DNA of 64,000 nt, from NCBI RefSeq assembly GCF_964194155.1, contig NC_135887.1, forward strand, positions 21,204,001 through 21,268,000. Reading direction: 5' to 3'. Source of the stretch: Cetorhinus maximus. Lineage: Eukaryota. The notes beneath the pieces are model-generated. The model was given only the letters and a program-made list of their open reading frames with translations, was not told the DNA's origin and did not search any database. Position numbers and translations under genes: made by a program. How positions within the stretch are numbered: position 1 is the stretch's first letter; each line of letters begins with the position of its first letter. Below are positions 1 to 12,269 of this stretch, in pieces.

Positions 1-250
1 GACCGAATTTGAGGTACTTAATCTACCGGTTGTGACCGCCTCCTGAAACAAAGCGTCCAGGTAACTCTCCCCCTCTCAGATGTGCTGGAGCTCGGACTCC
101 AGCTCATCAATTCTGAGCCGGAGTTCCTCCAGCAACCAACATTTGCTGCAGACGTGGTTACTACGGCTCGCAATGGGATCTGCCAGCTCCCACATCATAC
201 AGCTACAGCACATCACCTGCCCAGCCATCTCTACTTAGTTAATTAATTTA
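1..250 (-). mobile_element. CR1 LINE 5' fragment (ORF1 N-terminal zinc finger/coiled coil)
   Basis: Minus strand from 228 reads MAGQVMCCSCMMWELADPIASRSNHVCSKCWLLEELRLRIDELESE, homologous to the ORF1 start at 45615. Confidence 0.75.
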
Positions 251-269
251 CTAATTAGCTTTGCACTAA

Positions 270-3200
270 TAAAATCTGCAAAGAAATTACAGAGAGGTGC
301 AAGACCTATAGAGTAATTATAATGGAGGACTTTGATTATCCAAATATAGACTGAGATAGGAGTGATGCAAAGGGACAAGAGGGGTTGAGTTCCTGGAATG
401 CATTCAAGGCCATTTTCTCGTCATGAAGAGATATTAATGTCTATAATGTTATTGGAAATAATTTTTTTGAACAGAGTTTAGTGGCGTCAGTGTTTATATA
501 TGTGTGTGTTTGCCTTAATTGGATTAAAGCCATCTGGTCTCGAGGCTTTGAAGTACAGAAAGAAGTAGGTTTGAGATGGTAATTAGATAAACATGGGGAA
601 GTTTAGAAACATAGGCGTCAAGGGGGAAAATTGCATTTTTAAATAAACCATTCAAAAGAATGGGTGAATTCTTGCACTAGCTAGAAGATGCCAAGCAATG
701 TGTTTATTTTTGTTTTCAGCTTACTAATAAAATTGTTGGGCTGAAAGGAAGTCATTGTTAGAAGAGGTAAAATTAAAAGCCTAGTGATACAATGGAAAGT
801 TTACATTCAAAGAGAAAGATATGTATAAAGGGGAAAAGAGATTGTGGGTAAGGTAGAGGCATTTTAAGATCCATCAAGTGTGAGAAGCTTCCAGCCTGTA
901 AACCTCAATTCTGTCTGCAAGGACCCAGAGCTGAAAGAAACTCATTTTGAATGTGACTGTCCAGGGTGTGCCCTGTCAGGTGTCTCGTTCAATTTATGAG
1001 ATGTACTGTTGCCTTAACAGGGGTGTAACTGAGAGTCAGATTAATTAGGGGATTTTTGTAGTTATTATTGTAGTAATTTTGTAGACATATGTATGTGCTT
1101 ACAATTTTCTTGTATTGATAAATGTTTAATTTAGTTTTATAAAACCCTCTTGAGACTCGGTGGTCTTATTACTACTGAATTCAAAGCCTGCATCTCGAAA
1201 CATACAAATTGCAAAAAAATGGGTTATGACAGTTGTTTCCAGTTTTCCCCTGGGATTTGAAGAACTCAGCCTTTACCATCAGCTGTGTCATAATATTCTG
1301 CAGCAGCATGTTTCCGATCCAACAAGAGGGCAGGCACTGTTGGACCTTGTTCTGGGGAATGAATTGGCCCAAGTGCACCAAATATCAGTGGAAGAGCATT
1401 TAGGGGACAGTGACCATTGTATCATAAGGTTTAGGTTGGCCATGGAAAAAGACCAGGAACAATCCAGAGCAGGGATAATTAATTGGGGGAAAGCCAACTT
1501 CGATGGGAATGAGAATGCATCTGAGTCGAGTGAGTTGGAATCAAATGTTGGCAGAAAAGACAGTGGCTGAACAATGGCCACCTTCAAAGAAACAGTATTG
1601 GAGGCAATGTCAAGGTATATTCCCTTGAAGAGGAAAGGTAGGACAAATAAAACCAGAGCGCCCTTGATGACAAGAGAGATAGAGATGAAGATGAAAATAA
1701 ATTAGTGGGCGTACGACAGATGGCATGTAGAAAATACAATGGAGAATTAGGCTGAATACAAAAGGACTAGAGTGGAAGTGAAAATACTAATAAGAAAAGT
1801 GAGGAGAGAGCATGAAAAGAGACTGTCAGCTAAAATAAAAGGGAATTCCATGGTCTTTAAGCATGTAAATAACAAAAGGGTGATAAAAGAAAGAGCAGGG
1901 TTGATTAGGGATAAAAGGGAACTTGCATGTGGGGGCAGGAGAAATAGTGGAGGTGTTAAATGAGTACTTTGCGTCTGTCTTTACAAAGGAAGAAGATGCT
2001 ACCCAGGCCGAGGTGAGAGAAGAGGTAACTGGTACATTAGAAGAAATTACAATTGAGAAGGAGGTGGTGTTAGAAAGGCTAGATGTGATACATCCAAGGA
2101 TACTGAGGGAAGTGAGAATGGAAGTTGCAGAGGAACTAGTGATAATTTTCTCGTCTTCCATAGACATAGGGGTGGTGCCAGAGGACTGGAGAATTACGAA
2201 TATTACACCCTTGTTCAAAAAGAGATGCAAGGATAAAGTTGGCAACGACAGACCAGTTAGTTTGGCTTCAGTGGTAGGGCAACTTCTGGAAACTATAGTT
2301 CAGGACAAAATAAATAGTCACTTAGACAAGTGCAGGATAATTAAGGAAAGCCAGCATAGATTCATTAAAGGAAAATCATGTTTAACTAACTTGCTGGAGG
2401 TTCTTTGAGGAGGTAACAGAGAAGATTGATAATGGTAATGCTGTTGGCTTGGTGTATATGGATTTTCAAAAGGCATTTGATAGTGTCGCACAACAGACTT
2501 GTGAGCAATATTCTAGCTCATGGAATAAAAGGGAAAGTAGGCACTTGGATATGAAATTGGCTGAGTGACAGGAAACAGAATAGTGATAAATGGTTGTTTT
2601 TCAGATTCGAGGAAAGTTTGAAGTGGAGTGCCCTAGGGATCAGTGTTGGGGCCCTTGCTCTCCCTGATATATATTGATATTAACACTACCTAGACTGTGG
2701 TGTTCAGGGCATGATTTCAAAATTTGCAGATGATACGAATATTGGAAACGTTATCTTTTGTGATGAGGATAGTCTTGAACTTCAAAAGGGCAGAGACATG
2801 TTGGTGGATTGTGCAGACAAGTGGTAGATGAAGTTCAATGCAGAGAAATGTGAGGTGATTCATTTTGGCAGGAAGAATCTGGAGAGACAGTATAAAATAA
2901 AGATAGAACCTCTAAAGGAGGTGCAGGAACAGAGGGACCTCAGTATGTATGTAAATAAGCCATTGAAGATGGCAGGGCATGTTGAGAGAGAGTTAATAAA
3001 GCATATAATATCTTAGGCTTAATTAATAGAGGCATTGAGTCAAAGAGTAAGGAGGCCATGGTAAATTTGTATAAGACACTAGTTTGGCCCTATCTAGAGT
3101 ACTGCATCCAGTTCTGGGCACCATACTAGAGGAAGGATGTGAAGGCATTGGAAAGAGTACAGAGAAAATTCATAGAATGATTCCAGGGGTGAAGAACTGT

Positions 3201-3625
3201 AGCCCTGAGGATAGATTGGGACTGCTTTCCTTGGAGAAAAGAAGGTTGTGAGGAGACTTAATAGAGGTATTCAAGATCCTGAGGGGTATGAACAGGTTAA
3301 ATAGTGAGAAGCTGTTCCCACTCAATAGAGCATCGAGAACTAGAGGGCACAGATTCAAAATAATTTGGCAAAAGGAATAATAGTAATGTGAATAAAATTT
3401 TTTTCACCCAGAGGGTGGTTGGAGGCTGGAACAAATTTCCTGAGAGAGTCATGGAGGCAGATTCAATCGAAGTATTCAAAGGGGATTGCTACCTTAAAAG
3501 AGAGAATGTGCAAGGTTACAGGGAAATAAGACAGGGGAGGGGGACTAGGTTGAATACTCTTTCAGAGAACCAGTGAAGATTTGATGGGCCGAATGGCCTC
3601 CTTCTGCAGTGTAAAGATTCTGCAA
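270..3625 (+). mobile_element. Degenerate CR1 LINE ORF2 (APE endonuclease + RT) and 3' UTR, interrupted by a solo LTR
   Basis: Motifs LLDLVLGNE, HLGDSDH, PEDWRITNITPLFKK, GKSCLTNLLE, KFADDT, FFTQRVV; many stops and frameshifts; tail gatgggccgaatggcctccttctg. Confidence 0.92.
419..1295 (+). mobile_element. Solo LTR (family L, copy 1) inserted in CR1
   Basis: Ends cGTCATG...CATAAtA (decayed TG..CA), flanked by 4-bp duplication TTCT (415-418, 1296-1299). Removal restores CR1 frame ECIQGHFLQQHV. Homologous to 10500-11275 and 51762-52666. Confidence 0.75.
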
Positions 3626-3639
3626 TTGCAATGTCTGAA

Positions 3640-4110
3640 ACTCTGGTTCCTTGAGCTGTAGCTACTTACTGCTGTGGTTCACACTGGTGTCCACCAGCTG
3701 CAACTCATCACCTGCCCTACCATCTCTTTTATTTAACTAATTAAGGTTTTAAGTTTAGAAATATCATTCAACGATTATTTGTAGTTCTTCAAGTAGCTTT
3801 ACAAATTAAATATAAAGTTAGTGCAATACTTATCCCTCTCCAGTACTATTTTAAACTACTGCCCCAATTTGGAGAAAAAAAAGAAACCTTAAAAATCACC
3901 AATCAATCTCCTGCCTGCTTATCTAATTAATGCCTCTGGGCTTCAGCTCTTAGGTCTGTCTCTTGCTCCCTCTCTTGGACCACTCCTTGTTCTGTAAAAG
4001 AGCTGAACAGCACGTCATCTCTCCCTGCACTGAATTCCCTCACTCACCAAATTCTTGAGTTGTTACCTCTAGGCTTGACTTTTTAGTGTTTGGCCATCTG
4101 CGCTGTACTT
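3640..4110 (-). mobile_element. CR1 5' UTR/ORF1-start remnant
   Basis: catcacctgccc...ttatttaactaattaa and aattccctcactcaccaaattc motifs shared with 45600-46240. Confidence 0.5.
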
Positions 4111-4189
4111 TACTTACAAACCCATCAAATGATTTTCTGCTTGTGTCCCATCCTGTTTAGAAAGCCCCACACAGCTATCAGCCCGTTCA

Positions 4190-4600
4190 TGGACATTGGC
4201 TTCCTATCCCTAAATGTATTGATGCCAAAATCTTGATCTTCCTTTATAGATTACTTCATGACCTTACTGCAACCTAATTCTGCAAGCTTCTCCAACCCTA
4301 TGTCCCACCTTGAACCTGAATGTTTTTAAATATGGACTTGTATGTCCTCCTGGCTCACTCCACACCATCACTGCTCATAGAACGTTCAGCCATCATGGCC
4401 CTGCACTCTGAAATTATCCACCTTTATAACCCTTTGTCTTGCTGCACCTTGCCCATTTTTAAAAGCCCACTCAAAATCCGCCTCTTAGTTGGTTGCTTCA
4501 GTTACCTTCCTTAACTTTTCCCCCCTGTTCCTGTTTGATATCTGATCTGCCCATTTGAATATTTTGCTATACTATCGACATTGTATAAGTTTAAATTGTT
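4190..4600 (+). mobile_element. Old L2 LINE 3' fragment
   Basis: Resembles the 3' part of the L2 copy at 38700-39390 (ttcagccat...ctctgaaatt...tttaaaagcccactcaaaatcc). Confidence 0.45.
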
Positions 4601-4919
4601 AACTGCTATTCTTTTCCTTTGGCAATTGTATATCTTTATATGGACAGCCCTAGCCTATATAGTATCTGAGTACTGAAGCAAATAACCTCATTATGTAAAC
4701 AAATTGCCAATGTTCTCTTTAAAACTAATTAATTTAGAACACAATGGACTATTACTGCCTCATTTGTGGTCTTCAGTGACAATCTGCTAAATACAGTGTC
4801 ATTGAAAATACATGGCATTTGGCCTAAATAATCAAATTTCAAGTCGATATCTATAAATTGGACACGGAGAATTCCCTACGTTTGTTGTATTATAATTTGG
4901 TTAACAAATGAGCTTTGCA

Positions 4920-6410
4920 CAGGTGTTAGTACTCTCTCCCTCAATCAGTAGATAGTAGGTTCAAGCCCCACCCAGCTGTGGCTCAGTTCATAGCACCCTC
5001 GCCTTTGAATCAGAGGGTTGTGGGTTCATGTCCCACTCCCGGAAACCAAGAACTGTGATTGTACTCGAAAGAGTTGCAATCTGTGACTGTTGATAACTCG
5101 AGAGAGTTTCCATACTGCAGGAGGTGTCAGCTGTGGCTCAGTTCATAGCACCCTCGCCTTTGAATCAGAGGGTTGTGGGTTCATGTCCCACTCCCGGAAA
5201 CCAAGAACTGTGATTGTACTCGAAAGAGTTGCAATCTGTGACTGTTGATAACTCGAGAGAGTTTCCATACTGCAGGAGGTGTCAGCTGTGGCTCAGTTCA
5301 TAGCACCCTCGCCTTTGAATCAGAGGGTTGTGGGTTCATGTCCCACTCCCGGAAACCAAGAACTGTGATTGTACTCGAAAGAGTTGTGGCTGTTGATAAC
5401 TCGAAAGAGTTTCCGTACTGCAGGAGGTGTCAGCTGTGGCTCAGTTCATAGCACCCTCGCCTTTGAATCAGAGGGTTGTGGGTTCATGTCCCACTCCCGG
5501 AAACCAAGAACTGTGATTGTACTCGAAAGAGTTGCAATCTGTGACTGTTAATAACTCGAAAGAGTTTCCATACTGCAGGAGATGTCAGCTGTGGCTCAGT
5601 TCATAGCACCCTCGCCTTTGAATCAGAGGGTTGTGGGTTCATGTCCCACTCCCGGAAACCAAGAACTGTGATTGTACTCGAAGGAGTTGCAATCTGTGAC
5701 TGTTGATAACTCGAAAGAGTTTCTATACTGCAGGAGATGTCAGCTGTGTCTCAGTTCATAGCACCCTCGCCTTTGAATCAGAGGGTTGTGGGTTCATGTC
5801 CCACTCCCGGAAACCAAGAACTGTGATTGTACTCGAAAGAGTTGCAATCTGTGACTGTTGATAACTCGAAAGAGTTTCTATACTGCAGGAGGTGTCAGCT
5901 GTGGCTCAGTTCATAGCACCTTCGCCTTTGAATCAGAGGGTTGTGGGTTCATGTCCCACTCCCGGAAACCAAGAACTGTGATTGTACTCGAAGGAGTTGC
6001 AATCTGTGACTGTTGATAACTCGAAAGAGTTTCCATACTGCAGGAGGTGTCAGCTGTGTCTCAGTTCATAGCACCCTCGCCTTTGAATCAGAGGGTTGTG
6101 GGTTCATGTCCCACTCCCGGAAACCAAGAACTGTGATTGTACTCGAAAGAGTTGCAATCTGTGACTGTTGATAACTTGAAAGAGTTTCCATACTGCAGTA
6201 TATAATCCAGGATAAGACTCTTGTGCAGTACTGAGGGAGCGTGGAGGGCCAGCCATTTTGATTACACTAGCAAGGAGGTTCAGCTACTTTGCATTAAACT
6301 AAGTAACTGTCTTAACTGTTCTAGTCGTTCAGGTGGATGTTAAAGAACCCATGACACTGTTCAAAGAGCAGAAGTTTATCTGTGTTCCCTCAACAGTGAT
6401 TGCCATGTTT
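4920..6410 (+). mobile_element. SacSINE1/DeuSINE-like SINE split by a tandem array
   Basis: Decayed head with B box ggttcaagcccc at about 4958; body resumes at 6200 (gtgcagtactgagggag...ggtggatgttaaagaacccatgacact). Confidence 0.65.
4973..6198 (+). repeat. Tandem array, 8 copies of a 155-bp unit containing a tRNA-derived SINE head
   Basis: Units start at 4973, 5128, 5283, 5431, 5586, 5741, 5896 and 6051 (third unit 148 bp); near-identical; each has A box TGGCTCAGTT (TGTCTCAGTT in units 6 and 8) and B box GGTTCATGTCC. Confidence 0.97.
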
Positions 6411-6837
6411 ATCTACATTTTAAAAAATTTGTTCATGGGATGTGAGCGCGCTAGCATGGGCAGTATTTGTTGCTGTCCACGTTGTGTACTTATGTTCTGT
6501 AGGTGCACTCATAGTACTATTATAGAAGGGAGTTCAGGATTTTGACCCAGTGACAGTGAAGCAATGGCAATACAGTCCCAAGTCAGGATGGTGTATGACT
6601 TAGTGGTAAACTTGCAGATGGTGGTATTTCCATGCATCTACTGCCTTTGTCCTTCTAAGTGGGTAGAGGTTTCTGGTTTGGAAGGTTTTTTCGAATGAGG
6701 CTTGGCGAGTTGCTGCAGTGCATCTTGCAGATGGAATATACACTGCTGCCACTGTGTGTTGGTAGTGGAGGAAGTGAATGTTTAAAGATGGTGGATGGGG
6801 TGATGATCAAGCAGACTTCTTTGTCCTGGATGGTAAT

Positions 6838-8078
6838 ATAAAAACAAAATGCTGCAGATGCTGGAGATCTGAAATAAAAACAGAAAAGGCCAGAAAAACT
6901 CAGCAGATCTGGCAGCATCTGTGAAGAGAGAAACAGAGTTAATGTTATGAGACCAATCTGACTCTTCTACCTCTCTTCAGTTCTGAAGAAATGTGATAGG
7001 CTTTATCCTGTTGAAAAAAGAGGGAGGGGAGTCAGGTGGAACAAAAGTCAGAGAGTTCTCCATTCCATTCTTCCAGTTTCACCCTCTCCATCACATCTGT
7101 TCTGATGTTGCTATTTTCCACCACGGTGCTTCCAACATAGCTTTTTTTTTTCCTGAACCGAGGATTCCCCTCCCTCACCGTAGTTGACAGGTCCCTCAAC
7201 CATGTCTGACCCATTTCCTGCACTTCTACCCTCACCCATTCCCCTCCCTCCCAGAACCACAATAGGGTTTCCCTTGTCCTCACTTTCCACCTATCATACT
7301 CCATCTTCAAAAGACCATCCTCCACCATTTCCGCCACCTCCAGCACGATGGCAATACTAAACACATCTCACACCTTCCTGTCAGCATTCTGAAAGGACCG
7401 TTCCCTCCCTGGTTCACTCGCCTATCACTCCCAACACTTCATCGCCTTCCCATGCAATCGCAGGAGGTATAACATCTGATCCTTTACCTCCTTTCTGCTC
7501 ACTGTCCAAGGCCCCAAATGCTACTTCCAGGTGAAGCAATGATTTACTTATGCTTCTTTCAATTTAGTCTACTGTATTTGCTGCTCACAATGTGGCCTCC
7601 ACTGGGGAGATCAAACATAGACTGGGTGACCGCTTTGCGGAACACCTCCGCTCAGGCCACAAGTATGACCCCAGCTTTCCGGTTGCTTGCCATTTCAATT
7701 CACCATCTTGCTCTCATGCTCAATTTTCTGTCATCGGCCTGCTGCAATGTTCCATTGAAGCCCAACACAAGCTGACGGAACTGCACCTCATCTCCCAATT
7801 AGGCATTTTATAGCCTTCTGAACTCATCATTGGGTTCAACAACTTCAGACCATGAACTCTGTCTTTCATTTTAAATTCTTTTCCCCCCCTAAGTGTCAGT
7901 TTATATCTTGTTTTCATGTTTTTGCTTTCGGACAGAACTAACCTTTGTTCTGCTATTAATTCCTACTCCAGACCAATGCTTTGTTTCTTTACTACTACCG
8001 TTACCATCCCTTTGCCTTTTGTTCCATGACATGTTTGGTATTTAATCTCCTCCGCCCTCTAGCCCATCCCTGACCTAC
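6838..8078 (+). mobile_element. Penelope-like element (family N) 3' part with GIY-YIG C-terminus and inverted 5' terminal repeat
   Basis: GEIKHRLGDRFAEHLRS..PVACHFNS..GLLQC..LHLISQLG (ORF 7592-7813); 6838-6975 is an inverted copy of the family 3' end. Confidence 0.85.
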
Positions 8079-8342
8079 CCTGGCAAGGCCATGGGAAAAG
8101 TGCAGGGAAATGTAACTAATTGGATTGCTCCCCAGAGAGCCAGCATGCACTCTGGGCCAAATAGCCTCCTTTTGTGCTGTAATGATCCTACTTGTACCTT
8201 GTAGATGGTTGACAGGCTTTGAGGATTTAGGCAGTGAATTAGTCACTGCAGAATCCCCAGCCTCTGACTTTCTCTTGTAGTTATATGGCTGGTCCAGCTA
8301 AATTCCTGGCAACCTCAGAATGTTGTTGGTGGGGGAATTCAT

Positions 8343-9738
8343 GGAAACATAGAAAGTAGGAGCAGGAGTAGGCCATTTGGCCTTTCAAGCCTGCTGCGCC
8401 ATTCATCATGATCATGGCTGATCATCCAACTCAATAGCCTGCTCCTGCTTTCTCCCCATATCCTTTGGTCCCTTTCGTCCCAAGAATATCTAATTCCTTC
8501 TTGAAAACACCTGGGCCAGAATCTCCCCGTTGGCGATTTGGGGGCGGGGCCCACTCGCAGACGAGAAAATGACGTGGGATGACATTGGGAGGAACCCCCG
8601 ACGTCATCCCGGTCCCTTTAAATTTTCAGGAAGGCAGGCAGACAGTGAAATCAGCTGTCCGCCTGCCGACCTGTCAATGGCTAATTGAGGCCATTGACAG
8701 GGTACTTAAAGTAATTAAAGGACCTGCACGTCCAACCTTAAGGCTGGCAGGCAGGCCAGGCGCCCCAGCGGGCTTCTGATAATACATGAAACCTCATCCA
8801 CTGGCGGGATGAGGTTTCATGTTCCTTTTTAAAAACTTTAATAAATGTAAAGTTATATTTATTAACATGTCCCATCTCGTGTGACATTGTCACATGAGGG
8901 GGACATGTTAATATTTTTATTTTTCTATTTTTTAAGTTTTTTAGACTGTCACTGATCTCCCTGAGACAGCACTTTGTCTCAGGGAGCAGTGCGCTCTTTC
9001 ACGCGCAGGCGTGAAAGAGCACACTTTGACAGCTGGGGATTCCCCCCCACCCCCGCACTGGAAGCGCATAGCGCTTCCTGTCGGGCAAGCCGCTGGGTGG
9101 ACCTTAATTGGCCCACCCACTCAAAATGGCGGCGGGCCCCGTTTCGGCGATGCGGGTCAGCTGTCCGCTCGCCACCGAGCCGGTGGGCCCCGCACGCCCA
9201 TCAAGGGCAAAGTTCTGCCCACAATGTTTGGCCTCAACCACTTTCTGTGGTAGCAAATTCCACAGGCTTATCACTCTCTGGGTGAAGAAATTTCTCCTCA
9301 TCTCAGTCCTAAATGGTCTACCCCATATCCTCAGACTGTGACCCCTGGTTCTGGACTCCCCCACCATCAGGAACATCCTTACTGCATCCACCCTGTCTAG
9401 TCCTGTTAGAATTTTATAGGTTTCTATGCGATCCCCCCTCATTCTTCTGAACTCCAGCAAATATAATCCTAACCGACTCAATCTCTCCTCATATGTCAGT
9501 CCCACCATCCCAGGAATCAGTCTGGTAAACCTTCGCTGCACTCCCTCTATAGCAAGAACATCCTTCCTCAGATAAGGAGACCAAAACTGCTCACAATATT
9601 CCAGGTGTGGTCTCACCAAGGCCCTGTATAATTGCAGCAAGACATCCCTGCTCCTTTACTCGAATCCTCTCACTATGAAGGCCAACATACCATTTGTCTT
9701 CTTTACCGCCTGCTGCACCTGCATGCTTACCTTCAGCG
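8343..9738 (-). mobile_element. CR1 LINE 3' fragment (family A), relatively young, interrupted by a DNA element
   Basis: ORF 9104-9640 LYRALVRPHLEYCEQFWSPY...EMRRNFFTQRV; tail cctactttctatgtttc. Confidence 0.92.
8513..9220 (+). mobile_element. Non-autonomous DNA element with short TIRs (family H copy A, PIF/Harbinger-like)
   Basis: Ends GGGCCAGAAT...AGTTCTGCCC; interrupts CR1; homologous to 26901-27539 and 47201-47895; four internal palindromes. Confidence 0.75.
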
Positions 9739-10499
9739 ATGGTAATGCCGTTGAATGTCAAGGGGAGATGATTAGATTCTCCGTTGTTGAAGGTAGCCAT
9801 TACCTGTAACTTGTGTGGTACAAATGTTGTTTGCCACTTATCAGCTCAAGCCTGAATGTTGTCCAGGTCTGCTGCATGCGAGCACGATCTCCTTCAGTAC
9901 CTGAGAAATTGCAAATATCAATCACTGCAATCATCAGTGAAAACTTCTGGCCTTATGATGGAGAAAAGGATATTGATAAAGGAACTGAAGATGGTTGACC
10001 CTGGGACATTGCCCTGGGGAATTCTTACAACAATGTCTTGGGACTGAGAGGATTGGCCTCTAATAGCCACAACTGTCTTCCTTTGAGCTAATTATGACTC
10101 CCTCAAGTGGAGAATTTCTTCCCATTCCCACTGACTTCAATTTTGCTGGGACTCCTTGATGGCACACTCAGTTAAATGCCAACTCGATTGATGTCAAGGG
10201 CAGTCATTTTCATGTCATCTTTGGAATTAAGCTCTTTTGTCCATGTTTGGACCGTGGTTGTGATGAGGTCAGGAGCTGAATGTCCCTGGAAGAACCCAAA
10301 CTGAATGTAATGAGCAAATTATTACTGAGTAAGTGCCACTTGGCAGCAATGTCAACAACACCTTTAATTATTTTGCTGATGATTGTGTGTAGACTAGCGT
10401 TAATTGCCTGGTTGGATTTCTGCTTTTTGTGGAAAGGCAATTTTCCACATTGTTGGGTGGATCCCAGTGTTGTGGCTGTAATTCTATGTGAAGTGTTGA

Positions 10500-11275
10500 G
10501 ATGCGATAGGTGCTGCAGTTGGTGAAGCCGAGTTATTTAAAATTCCCAGAGGGAAACTTTAAACGACTGTCATAACCTATATAATTTTAAGTGCTATGTT
10601 TGAGATGCGACTCTAAATTCAGGAATCAGACCACCAATTCTCAAGGCTTTACATTAAACTAAGTGAAACATTTTATTTATTTATAAAGGTTAAAATATAT
10701 ATACGCGTGGCTTCAAATTACTGCTATCATCTCTTTTAACAAATTCCCAAACTAATCCCCATTAAGGCAACAGCAACCCATAGACTAAACCAGACACCAG
10801 GCAAACATTTTCACTGTACGAATTCAAAATGAGGTTCTTTTCATTTTGGTTCCTGTGGAGACAGTTGGAGGCATGCAGCTGCCTTTTGACCTTACATTGC
10901 CTCTGTTCTGCACTCCCGAAAACTGTTAAAGTTATACCTATGACTACTGATTGAATACAGATTCTCATTGTATCACCAACCTCTTTGAACTCTATCTTTT
11001 AACAATAAAACTCCTTTCATAGTACCAATTTTATTAGCAATACAAACATATTGCTTGGTAACTGCTAGATAGGTGCCAGTTTTCACCCCACTTCTTGAAT
11101 ACTCTATTCAAAAAACACAAATGCACTCTACCTCTCTATTTATATCTCAAAACTAGTACATATCAAAGCACCCAGACTAGCTGGCTTTAATCCAATTAAG
11201 ACACACCCACAAACTAAACCCCTATTTTAAAAGAAAAACATTTTCCAAAATATATACATTAATAGCTTCATGACA
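10500..11275 (-). mobile_element. Solo LTR (family L, copy 2)
   Basis: Reverse complement of 419-1295 (ctgtcataacc...gagatgc...aattcag...agaccacc; end cttcatgaca). Confidence 0.75.
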
Positions 11276-12269
11276 GTGCAATGTGTCAATTCAACATAGC
11301 AGAAGTGTAATCTGCTGTTCTCAGTGTCATTTGTCATTTTTTTAATAGATTTATTTGGGTAACCAACTTTTTAAAATGATACAGAATTAAAAGAGTTCTC
11401 TTGCCATTGTGCTCCCAACAGCAACATTTTGGGTAGTGCACCGATTGATAATTTGGAGAAATGCTGTTTCAGAATGTGCGATTTGCTACAAAATAAAGTA
11501 AATGCAACTGAATGTTGGTAAGTATTTTTAAAGGGCTTGCAAATGTTTTACTTGTCAGATAGATTTTTAATTAATCGGCATCGTACACGCTTTCAGAATC
11601 ACTGGATGTCAGGTGTAGATCATATTGATCACTGTGTACTCTCAACCCTTGGGAAAAAAAGCAAATACAGTTATACCATAATTTCTTTTAAATCGAGGAA
11701 TGTATGCACCAATGTAGAAGAGGTTAATGATTAATTTAAAGAAATGAAAGTTATTTTCTCTGTGTGGTTCCATTGGGATGAAGCATTGGGAGCCATTTCT
11801 GCTCTCGCATATTAAGATCTGGAAGGTTTTGTGCTGATAAAGAACTTAAACTTGACCAGTTGTGACCCATTTCCAGCTTAGTGGAGGTACTCCTTGATTT
11901 TGTTGCTATGTTTATTTATGGACAAAATCCAGAAGCAAAAACTGAAAGATTGGTGTGTGGGAAAGGGCTTTTAGATCAATGTTTGTCCCAAAGGATTACT
12001 TTAACTGATCCAGTGAGCACTGGAGCAGTGATATTATGGTGGATTTAAAGTTGAATGAGTACTACAGGCTCCCAACAGCCAGAATGGAATAAAAATAACA
12101 TTACTATCGGTTTTTTTTTAACAGTTAAATTGTTTTTAAATTTTGGCTTTAGCTCTCATTTGAAGCTGCACAACCATGGTAAGAATTATAGCAAACCAAC
12201 CAACAAAATTGTACAAGGCTGAAGTCACTTAATAACTTAAGGAAATGCCAAATTTTAAGTTGATGTTTG

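Larger units (their letters stand above)
6420..10480 (-). mobile_element. CR1-like LINE family B, fragmented by nested insertions (pieces about 6420-6835, 8190-8340, 9740-10480)
   Basis: Reverse-complement similarity to 41500-43855: 3' tail at 6420 (ttgttcatgggatgtg..) and GESNHLPLTFNGITIAE at 9740-9800. Confidence 0.75.

Noticed and set aside
5085-5115. Hammerhead ribozyme within the array unit (CTGTTGA-TAACTC-GAAA-GAGTT-TC)
   Set aside because: A6 is absent, there is no helix II closing pair and helix I does not pair in register; the GAAA is better explained as a hairpin loop.
5245-5551. Repeated short ORFs in the array
   Set aside because: By-product of the 155-bp periodicity; the frame shifts with each unit.
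4973-6198. CRISPR array or tRNA gene cluster
   Set aside because: Units are identical along their whole length (no unique spacers, no cas genes); the head lacks a complete cloverleaf and matches a SINE.
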